DNA of 62,755 nt from a virus (Duplodnaviria > Caudoviricetes). The notes under the pieces are model-generated. The model worked only from the letters and a program-made list of their open reading frames with translations, did not search any database and had not been told where the DNA came from. Both the position numbers and the translations under genes were made by a program. Of this stretch, positions 16,521 to 26,182 are shown one piece after another (the first letter of the stretch is position 1; every line of letters starts with the position of its first letter). The stretch covers positions 1 through 62,755 of IMG/VR virus record IMGVR_UViG_3300045973_000245; one strand, written 5' to 3'.

Positions 16521-16749
16521 AGGCCCATATCCGGGCAAGGGAAACAGAAAGTATGTAATAGCAGAAGTAGATGGTAAGCGGAGAAAGATTAATTTCGCAA
16601 AGTATGTCCTGTTAAAAGCAGGAGTTGATGTAAAAGACTACGAGCAAGTTCATCATGAGAATGGCAACAAAGATGATGATAGAAAAGAAAATCTCAAGAA
16701 CATGAGAGAATACAAACATAAGGAAGCGGATAGGAGAATCAAGAAATGA
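16498..16749 (+). CDS. small HNH-type nuclease-like protein
   Basis: VHHENGNKDDDRKENL. Confidence 0.6.
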   Translation: MKTVYLIEGPYPGKGNRKYVIAEVDGKRRKINFAKYVLLKAGVDVKDYEQVHHENGNKDDDRKENLKNMREYKHKEADRRIKK

Positions 16750-17165
16750 GTAAGAAGTTTGTTGGAGTGCAATTTATTGAAACTGTGCGTGAAGGTGACA
16801 AGACTTTCGCGTTTGGTATCTACGCCGACCACGTAATAGGTCGTATACCGTTCTGTGGGCTTGCTGAGCGCAATCCTACGGATAAAGAGAACCATAAGCG
16901 GGGCCGAAATTTTGCTATTGGCAGGGCGCTTGAGAACGCTGGCAAAGAGGTTCAAAAAGCTGAGTGGAAGAAGATAAAGAGCAAGAGTAAGGCAACGATT
17001 AAGCATAAACTCTCAGAAGAAGCAATTGATGAGCTAAGGAAAGAGGCTAATAAGAATCGTGCAAAAGCCAGTAAACAAGCGAATCAAGAAAATTCTGAAA
17101 TCAGCCCGAGAACTGGCAAACCAAAACGACAGTACACTCGAAAAGCACAGTCTACTGAGGTTTAG
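16746..17165 (+). CDS. hypothetical protein with basic tail (SPRTGKPKRQYTRK)
   Basis: G.AERNPTD....RGRNFA..RA pattern. Confidence 0.5.
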   Translation: MSKKFVGVQFIETVREGDKTFAFGIYADHVIGRIPFCGLAERNPTDKENHKRGRNFAIGRALENAGKEVQKAEWKKIKSKSKATIKHKLSEEAIDELRKEANKNRAKASKQANQENSEISPRTGKPKRQYTRKAQSTEV

Positions 17166-17177
17166 AAAGGTTAAAAA

Positions 17178-17576
17178 GTGAAAGTAGTTGCAGCAGTACT
17201 TGGTGCGATTGTTGGTCTGTTTCTCATTTGTAATCTAATTCTTTGGGGAGCAGGGATATCCAACATCTTTTACCAGGAACATCTAGGTGTTAAGACACAG
17301 AATGTTCAAACACATATCTTTCATGGCTCACAGGCATGGCAAGATGGACAATTACAGCAGGCGCAGCAAATGTGGACAGAATGGAATACAGCAAAGGATG
17401 GTGGCAAGACTAATACAATGGTAGCACTTGAAAGCGAAGCAAGAACTTTAATTTCTGTTTGGCCTCAAGAAGTATGGGATAGATGTTCTCCCGAATTGTT
17501 TAACTGGCTAAAAAGTACAATGCCAGGAAATATGATGAAACCAGTTGATACAACTACGACAACACTCTTTAAGTAG
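17178..17576 (+). CDS. membrane-anchored protein
   Basis: N-terminal TM helix. Confidence 0.6.
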   Translation: MKVVAAVLGAIVGLFLICNLILWGAGISNIFYQEHLGVKTQNVQTHIFHGSQAWQDGQLQQAQQMWTEWNTAKDGGKTNTMVALESEARTLISVWPQEVWDRCSPELFNWLKSTMPGNMMKPVDTTTTTLFK

Positions 17577-17585
17577 GAGATACAA

Positions 17586-18146
17586 ATGAAACGTCGATAC
17601 GGATTTATTGCTACAATGTTCGCGCTAACTGTCATGTTACTCATGATATTTAGCTTCGCAGGTTCTTGTTCAAATCAATCTCCATCAGATATCCAACAGG
17701 CATCACAACAGGAGCAGATTGCACAACAATCTAATCAGGTTGTGGGTATGCCAAACATCACGAATTTTCGTGAGAAGGCTACTCTAAAGCAGATTTATGA
17801 ACTGCGTGACCAAGCGAATCTTGTAACCTACAGCTATATCTTTTCAATTATGACTGGTAAATTCACCTTTATTGGTCAGACAATCGGATATCCTATTCCT
17901 TATGCAACACAGTTTACAAATCCTGATAAGATAGTATACGCAACTAATGGAAATATAATTGTACCACAACAAGACCCTAACGCTTTATTTTCACCCTCAT
18001 CGGCTGCTGCAACGTGGGTGCTATTGAAAGAACCTGCCCCGTCTGTTAAAGTATCTCCGTTCTACTGTGAAGAGAACATTGAGACTTTCCAGAGTAAGTT
18101 GCCTGATAGTCTAGTAAGTAACCCTGAATTGCAGGCACAGTACTAA
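17586..18146 (+). CDS. predicted lipoprotein
   Basis: Signal peptide ending in lipobox-like FAGSC; GYPIPYATQFTNP motif. Confidence 0.65.
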   Translation: MKRRYGFIATMFALTVMLLMIFSFAGSCSNQSPSDIQQASQQEQIAQQSNQVVGMPNITNFREKATLKQIYELRDQANLVTYSYIFSIMTGKFTFIGQTIGYPIPYATQFTNPDKIVYATNGNIIVPQQDPNALFSPSSAAATWVLLKEPAPSVKVSPFYCEENIETFQSKLPDSLVSNPELQAQY

Positions 18147-18147
18147 A

Positions 18148-18444
18148 ATGGAATTCAAATATATTGAGCCAGTAACAGATTTAAGTAGTCTTTCTCGTCT
18201 TGGACCGAGAAGGAATACTTTTTATGAAGAGGCTATTAATGAATTTGTTAATAGTGGTGTAACTGCTGCAAAAATTAAATTTGATGACTCTAGAATAGTT
18301 CATATAAAATGGTATACTGTTGTTCAGCAGTTAAGAACAAAACTTAAAAATCGGAATCTAGGTAATCAATTTAAAGTTTTAGTCAGGTCAGATAAGGATA
18401 CTAATCTTGTAAGCATTTACTTTTTTAAGCTGTCCTTTGAATAG
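18148..18444 (+). CDS. small putative DNA-binding protein
   Basis: Paralog of 10789..11031. Confidence 0.45.
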   Translation: MEFKYIEPVTDLSSLSRLGPRRNTFYEEAINEFVNSGVTAAKIKFDDSRIVHIKWYTVVQQLRTKLKNRNLGNQFKVLVRSDKDTNLVSIYFFKLSFE

Positions 18445-18454
18445 GTAGGTAAAA

Positions 18455-19903
18455 ATGTATCTCGGTACTCTCAAAGAATTTCAATTAGAAGGGGCGAAGT
18501 TTCTTGCGAATAAACGCAGGGCTATCTGCGCCTTCGATGTAGGCTTAGGCAAGACTCATATTGCTATGGCTTGCAATGAAAAACTGCGAGAGTACCGAGG
18601 TATAGAACGTACACTTATTGTCTGCCCCAACTATTTGAAATGGAAATGGGCATATGAACTGGATACTTGGACTGATAATTGTAATGTTGTTATTGACGGT
18701 ACTCCGAAACATCGTCAAGCACAAATAGGCTCCTTTTCTGAAGGATACTTGATAGTGAATTATGAGCTATTACTACAGGATTTTCAGGAGCTACTGAGCT
18801 ACAATTTCAATGTGATAATAGCTGATGAAGTGACTAGGATTAAGAACTTCAAGAGCAAGACCAAAGCAGCATTGAATAGATTTCGTCCCGATTATAGATG
18901 GGGCTTAACAGGTACTCCGGTATCAAATTACCCCGATGAACTATATTCGATAATGGGTTGGGTGGATGGGAATCTATTTGGCAAGTGGTACGACTTCGAC
19001 CAACAATATATTATTCGTAACAGATTCGGTGGAGTGGATAGGTATGTCAACCTACAGAAACTAGCTGGTGTATCATCTAAACGTATGATTAGTATGACAC
19101 AGGAAGAAGTAGGCGAAGGACTACCAGAAGTTATTATAGAGAATCTACCACTTAGCTTTACACCTAAACAAGAAAAGCTATATAATGAGGTAGCTTTGTC
19201 GCTGGAAGGCTACCTTGATGTGATGGTATCTAAACTTCTCAGCGACGAGGAATTGACTGGTGAAGAGGCCAAAATTAGGGAAAGAATCAATGCTCTAAGG
19301 ATGGTCTGTATTTGTCCTCGGTTGTTACAGGGTTCTGGTTCAAAATATATCAAGAAAACCCTAGAAGACTTCAATGATGATGGTGGTAAAGTAACTGCCT
19401 TGTTCAAGATTATTGAGGACAAGGTATGGAAGACTAATGACAAGATGGTTATCTTCTCGTTCTATCGAGGACTCATACCAATCATAGAAGAGTATCTTAA
19501 AGAAAAGAAAATCGGATACCTAACTTTAATGGGAGGAATGGATGCGAGAGATACTCAGAACAATATTGAATTATTTCATAATGACCCTAACAAACAAATC
19601 TTTCTCACCACCGAAGCAGGGGACAAAGGAATTGATTTACAGGCGGCTAAGTATCTGGTTAACATGGATATTCCTCCGTCTTGGGAAAAATATGAACAAC
19701 GATTAGGTAGAGTAAAAAGACTCTATGGTAAGCACAAGTCTGTTATTGTTTACAACCTAATGATGAAAGGAAGCTTTGAAGAGAGACAGCTTCAAAGAAC
19801 CCTTCGCAAAGGTGAACTATCAGAAGTTATTAGGGGCAAGTCTAATATTGACACGTTGAAACCAGTTGACCAGTCATTGAGACAATTCCTGAAAGGGGAA
19901 TAA
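18455..19903 (+). CDS. SNF2-family helicase/ATPase
   Basis: DVGLGKT, IADEV, LTGTP..N, GIDLQ.A, QRLGRVKR. Confidence 0.9.
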   Translation: MYLGTLKEFQLEGAKFLANKRRAICAFDVGLGKTHIAMACNEKLREYRGIERTLIVCPNYLKWKWAYELDTWTDNCNVVIDGTPKHRQAQIGSFSEGYLIVNYELLLQDFQELLSYNFNVIIADEVTRIKNFKSKTKAALNRFRPDYRWGLTGTPVSNYPDELYSIMGWVDGNLFGKWYDFDQQYIIRNRFGGVDRYVNLQKLAGVSSKRMISMTQEEVGEGLPEVIIENLPLSFTPKQEKLYNEVALSLEGYLDVMVSKLLSDEELTGEEAKIRERINALRMVCICPRLLQGSGSKYIKKTLEDFNDDGGKVTALFKIIEDKVWKTNDKMVIFSFYRGLIPIIEEYLKEKKIGYLTLMGGMDARDTQNNIELFHNDPNKQIFLTTEAGDKGIDLQAAKYLVNMDIPPSWEKYEQRLGRVKRLYGKHKSVIVYNLMMKGSFEERQLQRTLRKGELSEVIRGKSNIDTLKPVDQSLRQFLKGE

Positions 19904-20067
19904 GATGTTCATGTGTAAAGAATGCCACAAGACAGATGAAGACAAAGGAATTTGTGGCCCAAGCCATTTTGATTTTGACTTAAACCTTTCTATGGGTAAA
20001 TGTGAAATCTGTGGAAAGTATGGGGCTTGTGTGGATTGCAAGGCATATAAATATGTGCAGGTGAAAA

Positions 20068-20424
20068 ATGATAACTAGAAGTGACGCGGTTAGCCAGTTA
20101 GAGAGAGTAGTTGAATTACAGCAGATTGCTAGAAATTCAGAATGTAAGGCTACAGCAGTAACAATGCTGGCTAAGATTTTTGGTGGTTCAATTGCTAAGA
20201 GTGATGTTGACTATCTTTCCATCATTTATTGGAAAGAATACTATGAGTATGAGTTTTCATTTAAGTATGATGGTTTCTACTTTAGGATAGAGCATGGAAA
20301 AACGTGTGACCATGATGGATATAGCATAACTGAACTATTTGTTCTTACTAAGAAAAAGAGTAAGTGGAAATCAATAGATGATGCAGAGACTCTTTTAGGA
20401 ATGGTAAATAGGGGTGAAGTATGA
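20068..20424 (+). CDS. hypothetical protein
   Basis: AGGTG RBS, 118-aa ORF. Confidence 0.55.
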   Translation: MITRSDAVSQLERVVELQQIARNSECKATAVTMLAKIFGGSIAKSDVDYLSIIYWKEYYEYEFSFKYDGFYFRIEHGKTCDHDGYSITELFVLTKKKSKWKSIDDAETLLGMVNRGEV

Positions 20425-20587
20425 AAACTAAGTCACAGATGATTCTTGACCTAGTTCAAGAGTTTGACTATTGGGAACTTGATGCTATCATGAGCTACAT
20501 TAAAGAGCTAGAGAGGCATAGACTACGCGCTTTAACTGAAGAAGAAGTGCGGGATGAGTACATTGGTATCTTTGGAGACGATGAATA

Positions 20588-21031
20588 ATGAATGTAGGAT
20601 TCACTGGTACTCGTAAGGGTATGTCAGAAAGACAGAAGAAAGAACTAGAAGATTGGTTTGAAGAACACTATGATAGTTATGAGGATAGTCCTAACTATCT
20701 AGCTGAATTTCATCATGGTGATTGTGAAGGTGCAGACGAAGCTGCACATGAATTAGCAGGATACTATTTCAAAAAGCGAGTAGTTCATCCTCCACTTGAC
20801 CCAAAATATCGTGCCTATACGATTAGTGATATGACTCCTTTGTATTTGCCGAAGGAATATGGTTACAGACAACCAAAAGAGTACTTAGCTAGGAACCATG
20901 ATATTGTCGATGAGTGCGCTATACTTATTGCAGCCCCGCAATTTGCATTTGAAGAGTTGCGTTCAGGAACATGGGCGACAGTAAGATATGCTAGACAACA
21001 GGGTAAACCAGTTGTAATATTGGAGCCATAA
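20588..21031 (+). CDS. SLOG-superfamily (DprA/YspA/LOG-like) protein
   Basis: VGFTGTR, HHGDCEGAD, RNHDIVD, SGTWATVRYARQQGKPV. Confidence 0.75.
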   Translation: MNVGFTGTRKGMSERQKKELEDWFEEHYDSYEDSPNYLAEFHHGDCEGADEAAHELAGYYFKKRVVHPPLDPKYRAYTISDMTPLYLPKEYGYRQPKEYLARNHDIVDECAILIAAPQFAFEELRSGTWATVRYARQQGKPVVILEP

Positions 21032-21552
21032 TGAGAAACTTTGTAATAGCGGATACACATTTTAATCACACAAACATCATCAAGTATTGTGAACGTCCAT
21101 TTGCTGATGCAGAAGAAATGGATGAAACTATGATTCGTAACTGGAATCAAGTTGTTTCTCCTAATGATACTGTATACCATCTTGGTGATTTTGCTTTTGG
21201 TCCTGGGGCTAAACAAATGGTTGAAGGATACGTTCGTAGGCTTAATGGTAAAATCATTCTGGTCAAAGGAAATCATGACCATGAATCAGCTACTTGGTAT
21301 GAGAATCGAGGGTTCTGGAGTGTACATGGTGGAGAAGCAACGCACTATGATGGGGATAAAGATGTTCTCTTATCACATTGGCCTTGCCCACGAAAAGAAC
21401 CTGTGATAAATATCTACGGGCATGTGCATAATCTAGTAAAGATTTGTAGTTGGAACTATCGTTGTGTATCCGTGGAGCAAATTAACTATACCCCTGTGGA
21501 CTTAGACGAGTTAATAAAGGAGATTAGACAGCATGAGTTACGAAGGGTATGA
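21031..21552 (+). CDS. calcineurin-like metallophosphoesterase
   Basis: DTHF.H, HLGDF, GNHD, SH, GHVH. Confidence 0.9.
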   Translation: MRNFVIADTHFNHTNIIKYCERPFADAEEMDETMIRNWNQVVSPNDTVYHLGDFAFGPGAKQMVEGYVRRLNGKIILVKGNHDHESATWYENRGFWSVHGGEATHYDGDKDVLLSHWPCPRKEPVINIYGHVHNLVKICSWNYRCVSVEQINYTPVDLDELIKEIRQHELRRV

Positions 21553-21859
21553 CCAAGTTCTTTGTGAGAATGGACACTATTGGATGTATGATTGCTATGA
21601 TTTCTGGTCGGCAGAGGATTGGAAATGCCCTACTTGTCAAGCTAAATTTGCATGGTCTAATATGGTAGATGTTACAAATGGTTCGTGGGAAGAAGGCGGT
21701 CCATTTGATGCTGAGCATAGAATAGATGGGCATGTAGTGATGGAAATAGTGGACGAGTGTAAGTGTGCATACTGTGGGCATATAAAGGAATTAAAATACA
21801 AGATTCCTACAGAGGCCGACATGAGAAAAGCAAAACCTTGGAGATACAGTAATGAATGA
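21533..21859 (+). CDS. Zn-ribbon protein
   Basis: CENGH, CPTC, CAYC. Confidence 0.5.
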   Translation: MSYEGYDQVLCENGHYWMYDCYDFWSAEDWKCPTCQAKFAWSNMVDVTNGSWEEGGPFDAEHRIDGHVVMEIVDECKCAYCGHIKELKYKIPTEADMRKAKPWRYSNE

Positions 21860-22259
21860 CAAACAGATACGAGTAAGATATTCTGATGGAAAAGATGTTA
21901 CTTTCTATCGTGTGACTTATATTTCTTATTCGGAGCCAGGATTTGTAGTCATTACAGAGCCAGATGATGAGAAAATTAATGAGTATCGTATTCCACTTTC
22001 AAATGTTCAGTTTGTTGTAGATGAAACGAGGGACTAATGATTCTTAGGATTAGAAAAATAATTGAAGCCACATGCCCTATTTGTGGTTGGGCAAAAGATT
22101 ATGACCCTCTTGAGTTTGAAGTAGAGTATCTTATTCCTAAGATATGCCCTGCATGTGGTGATGGGAAAAGCCAGACTTGGAAAACTCAAGAATGGTCTAG
22201 AAAAGCAATGAAGAGGATTAATGATGCCCATGATAGGTATCTTAATATGGTAGAGGACT

Positions 22260-22580
22260 ATGACAAGTGTAGAGATAACTAATCTGGCAATAAAGAAAGC
22301 TAAGCAATCTACTTGCACTTATAGAGTCTCCGCTATTGGAATGAATAAGAGGGGAGAAGTGATATATTCTTCCTTCAACAAAAGTAGATTCATGCGTCCA
22401 GGTGGAGCAATCCACGCGGAAATGGAAGTAATGTTGAAAGGTGGTCCTGGTGTTAAAACTATTGTCATTTGTCGCGTTGGTAGGAGTGGTGATATACTTC
22501 CTATTGAACCATGTGAAGTTTGCCAACGTAAAGCCGACGAACTCGGAATCAAGATACTATCCGTCAGGATGGAAATTTAA
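22260..22580 (+). CDS. cytidine-deaminase-fold protein
   Basis: HAE...PCEVC zinc motif. Confidence 0.75.
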   Translation: MTSVEITNLAIKKAKQSTCTYRVSAIGMNKRGEVIYSSFNKSRFMRPGGAIHAEMEVMLKGGPGVKTIVICRVGRSGDILPIEPCEVCQRKADELGIKILSVRMEI

Positions 22581-22906
22581 TATGTGGGATTACAATGAAT
22601 AAAAAGCAGTTTGAAAAAATGAAACAAGAATTTGTAACTTATCCTTCTACAGTTACATATATGACATTTATTGTAAACCTTAATCGAGAAGTAGAAGACC
22701 TTAAAAAAAGAGTAGCAAAGCTAGAGGTAGAGAGTAATGAAGCTTAGCACAATACAAGGAATATTTCTATTTTTAGCAGGTGTTTCTTTTCTTGTAGAAA
22801 TGGGATTTTGGGCGTTCGGTACTTTTCGTGGAACAGGAATGGCTATAGGAACAGCCGCATGGTTCTGTTTTATACTAGCATTTTGGCTTACTAAGTTGGT
22901 GAAACA

Positions 22907-23335
22907 ATGAAAGCTAAAGCAGTATGTGTAATGCGTACTGACCTAAGAAATAGTGATGGGCACAAAGTACCCAAAGGTAAGCTCATTGCTCAAGGCGGTC
23001 ATGCTTTTGTAGGGATGTTGACTAAACTTATGGGTACGGTGTTAACCTTTGACCCCGATGAATACTATGATGAAAAGACTTTATATTGTCGGCATGGTGG
23101 GGCATTATATGAGTGGCTTCGTGGTTCTTTTACTAAGGTAGTTCTTGGTGTAGATTCTGAAGAAGAACTTTTGAGTATTTATGCAGCAGTGAAAAAAGCT
23201 GGCTTTAATGCAGTTCTTATCACTGATAATGGTTTGACTGAATTTCATGAGCCAACTAATACTTGCATTGGTATCGGTCCTGATTGGGAAGACAAGATAG
23301 ATGCAATCACTGGACACTTGAAAGGATTTCAATGA
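22907..23335 (+). CDS. pth2: peptidyl-tRNA hydrolase, PTH2 family
   Basis: MRTDL..KGKLIAQGGHA, TKVVL, ITDNGLTEF..PTNTCIGIGP. Confidence 0.9.
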   Translation: MKAKAVCVMRTDLRNSDGHKVPKGKLIAQGGHAFVGMLTKLMGTVLTFDPDEYYDEKTLYCRHGGALYEWLRGSFTKVVLGVDSEEELLSIYAAVKKAGFNAVLITDNGLTEFHEPTNTCIGIGPDWEDKIDAITGHLKGFQ

Positions 23336-23670
23336 AAGCTACAGACCCTAAACGTATCAATGAAGTAGTTGATAAAGATATTAAGTATGATTTAGAAGGC
23401 GACCTTGCTTCAGCAATAAACAAACTTCAAAATCTTTATGAGGAACACTCGGCTAAGTACGAACACCTTGAAATAGAAATCTCAATGGAATCTGATTATG
23501 GTTATGAGTATGTTGCTGTTAAACTTCTTGGTTTTCGTCATGAAACCCCTGAAGAAGTTGCTTCTCGTATGGAAGCTGATGCAAAATACAAACAGAGGCA
23601 GAAGGATAAAGACCTTAAAGAGTTAGAAAGGTTGCAGAAAAAATATGAGAAGACTATCCACAAATGTTAA
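23332..23670 (+). CDS. hypothetical protein
   Basis: R.ETPEE...ELERLQKKYE tail; ATGA overlap with pth2. Confidence 0.55.
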   Translation: MKATDPKRINEVVDKDIKYDLEGDLASAINKLQNLYEEHSAKYEHLEIEISMESDYGYEYVAVKLLGFRHETPEEVASRMEADAKYKQRQKDKDLKELERLQKKYEKTIHKC

Positions 23671-23908
23671 TTACTATATATGGGTTAAGTTAACAAAAGA
23701 AGGACGAGAAATTTATTACGAGCATCACAAGGATATCTATCCTATGCTTCTAAGAGCAGGTTATGGTATTCCTGCGATAGTGGAAGAGGATGGTTGGTCG
23801 AAGTTTCAAATGTGGGATTTCATGCAGATATTTGGTTCTCATATCCATATGGGAATATGTGGTCCAATGGAAACACAGATAGAAATAGAGGTAGAAGATG
23901 AAAAATGA
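23645..23908 (+). CDS. hypothetical protein
   Basis: N.N...VKLT..G...FQMWDFMQIFG pattern. Confidence 0.55.
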   Translation: MRRLSTNVNYYIWVKLTKEGREIYYEHHKDIYPMLLRAGYGIPAIVEEDGWSKFQMWDFMQIFGSHIHMGICGPMETQIEIEVEDEK

Positions 23909-24052
23909 TGAGTATTGCCAGCAATGTCGGTGTTATTCATGCTTCCATGACCCAGCAGTGTGTGATGTAGAAGAGAATGAAGCATTTGCTCCTTGCACAG
24001 ATTGCGAAGAAGAGGGTTTTGTAGTGTCATGTAATGCGTGGATGGAAGTAAA

Positions 24053-24250
24053 ATGAAAGTTGGAGATACGGTTCGTTGGAATGGTAAGACTGTAGGCGAT
24101 GAAGAAATGTCCTACGGCATTGATACTACAATGGTGGGAACTGTAGACGCTACCTTTTTGCAGGGGTTCTATAATATCGCAGTGTCCTTTGATGATGAAG
24201 ATTTTCCGATGGAGACTTTTAATGAAGAAGAATTGGAGATTGTAGAATGA
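24053..24250 (+). CDS. small KOW/SH3-like protein
   Basis: MKVGDTVRWNGK...EEELE. Confidence 0.5.
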   Translation: MKVGDTVRWNGKTVGDEEMSYGIDTTMVGTVDATFLQGFYNIAVSFDDEDFPMETFNEEELEIVE

Positions 24251-24516
24251 AACTGTGGGAACTATACCCAAAAGCAGATGCTCCTGGTTATTGGGGATAT
24301 GATTGTTATCATGGCGCGGTAATTCGTGCCAAGACAGAAAAAGATGCTAGAGAAATGATGCCTACTGCTGATGAAGCACCGTATCATTGGGATTTAAAAG
24401 CTGGTGAGAAGATTGTAGATGATAATCCCTGGCTTGACCCACAAAGAACTGCGTGTGTTCAGCTTACTGTAGCAGGAGAAGCGGAAGTAATTATTACAGA
24501 TTTTCATGCGGGGTAG
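24247..24516 (+). CDS. hypothetical protein
   Basis: YDCY.GAVIRA..E.DAR pattern. Confidence 0.55.
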   Translation: MKLWELYPKADAPGYWGYDCYHGAVIRAKTEKDAREMMPTADEAPYHWDLKAGEKIVDDNPWLDPQRTACVQLTVAGEAEVIITDFHAG

Positions 24517-24704
24517 AGAATGAAAGCACATTTGCACATCACAATGGAGTTACCAGAAGAAACTCGTTTAAAAGTTCCACAAGATATTAACATTATCTTT
24601 GGAACTGATTGTTATGCTTATAAGGGAATTCTTGTAGGAGCGTTGTTTGCAGAATATGATATGTGTTTAGAATGTGCTGAGTATGAAAAGGGAGATTACG
24701 GAGA

Positions 24705-25370
24705 TTGAAAGTAATACTTAAAGCGCGTGTAGGGTCACATCTGTATGGGCTAGACACGCCTGAATCAGATGAAGATTTTCTCGGTGTTTATGTTGCAAGA
24801 ACTTGGGAAGTTCTTAGTCTACATCACAAACCGCAGGAAACAGGTGTAACTAAAGACCCTGACTGTACTATTCATGAAGTAGAAAAGTATATGAAGTTAG
24901 CTGCACAGGGAAATCCGACTGTATTGGAGCTTCTATTTTGCCCCGAATATCTTGAACAAACTTTTGAAGGTGAACAGCTACTTTATTATAGGGATGCATT
25001 TCTAAGTAATCGTGTTAGAGACAGCTATGGTGGGTACGCCTATCAGCAATCTAAGAAACTAGAGACACGTATTAAGCAGGGACTAGAGGGATTTGAACCC
25101 GCAGTAAAGAAGCGTTACGAGAAACACGCACGACATATCTTTAGATTGATGCTACAGGGTGAAGAGTTAATGACAACGGGAACTATAACTCCGCGCGTTA
25201 AAGACCCTGAATCTTTGTTTGCGATTGGGAAATTGCCGCCAGAGAAATTGATTCCTAGATTTGAAGAGGCATATGCAAGGTATAAAGAACTGCCTAGCAT
25301 ACTCCCTGAACAACCAAAGTGGGAAATCTTGGATATTTTGCTGAATGATATAAGGAGAAGAAACTTATGA
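24705..25370 (+). CDS. Pol-beta-superfamily nucleotidyltransferase (RlaP/Nuc-transf-like)
   Basis: GSHLYGLDTPESDEDFLGV, GNPTVLELL, K.ARH..RL. Confidence 0.85.
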   Translation: MKVILKARVGSHLYGLDTPESDEDFLGVYVARTWEVLSLHHKPQETGVTKDPDCTIHEVEKYMKLAAQGNPTVLELLFCPEYLEQTFEGEQLLYYRDAFLSNRVRDSYGGYAYQQSKKLETRIKQGLEGFEPAVKKRYEKHARHIFRLMLQGEELMTTGTITPRVKDPESLFAIGKLPPEKLIPRFEEAYARYKELPSILPEQPKWEILDILLNDIRRRNL

Positions 25371-26182
25371 TTCTTTTCAATGGCGTTGAACCAGTTAAAA
25401 AGTTTCCTAATGGGGAGACTCATATTGATACTGATTTGATTATCAATAGAATGAGTCTGAAAGTCAATATTATCTCTTGCAAGTACGAGTCAGATGCAGA
25501 CCTGTTTCAACTAATGTTACTCAAGAGATATACTGACACTCTTTCTTGTGTTTGTCAACTTTTTATTCCATATCTGCCATACAGCAGAATGGATAGAACT
25601 GAAGCCGGTAGTGCTTTCACCTTGAAATATGTGTGTGAGTTTATCAATAGCCTGAACTTCTATGAAGTGCATGTAGTTGAGCCACATTCTGATGTATCAG
25701 TAGCATTGCTAGATAAAGTCAAGGTGCATTTTGTTACAGATAAGTTATTTGAGTATGCCTCTAATTATTGGGGCTTTAACGAGAATGACTACATCTTTTT
25801 TCCAGATGCAGGTGCTAAGAAAAGATACAAAACGTTTAACAGTGAGAATATTATCTTTGGTGATAAGGCTAGAGATTTTTCCACTGGCAAGATTACTGGT
25901 CTTAATGTGATTGGTGACTTCAAGCCGGGTGGGTTAGTTTACATTATTGACGACCTGTGTTCTTATGGTGGAACATTTGTGCTGGCAACAGAGAAACTAA
26001 TGGAAATGGGTGCAAGAGCAGTAATACTTATTGTGGCCCATTGCGAAGATTCTTATCTACAAGGGAAAATCCCTGCTAATAACGATATTATCAAGGTACT
26101 ATCTACTGATAGTATTTACACAAAAGGTTCTGAGGGAAAGCTGACCATCTATAAAGCCAATAAATTTTTGGGGGATAAATGA
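25367..26182 (+). CDS. ribose-phosphate pyrophosphokinase-like protein (candidate Adps of NARP1)
   Basis: KFPNGE, PYLPYSRMDR, EPHS, FPDAGAKKRY, IIDDLCSYGGTF. Confidence 0.85.
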   Translation: MILFNGVEPVKKFPNGETHIDTDLIINRMSLKVNIISCKYESDADLFQLMLLKRYTDTLSCVCQLFIPYLPYSRMDRTEAGSAFTLKYVCEFINSLNFYEVHVVEPHSDVSVALLDKVKVHFVTDKLFEYASNYWGFNENDYIFFPDAGAKKRYKTFNSENIIFGDKARDFSTGKITGLNVIGDFKPGGLVYIIDDLCSYGGTFVLATEKLMEMGARAVILIVAHCEDSYLQGKIPANNDIIKVLSTDSIYTKGSEGKLTIYKANKFLGDK

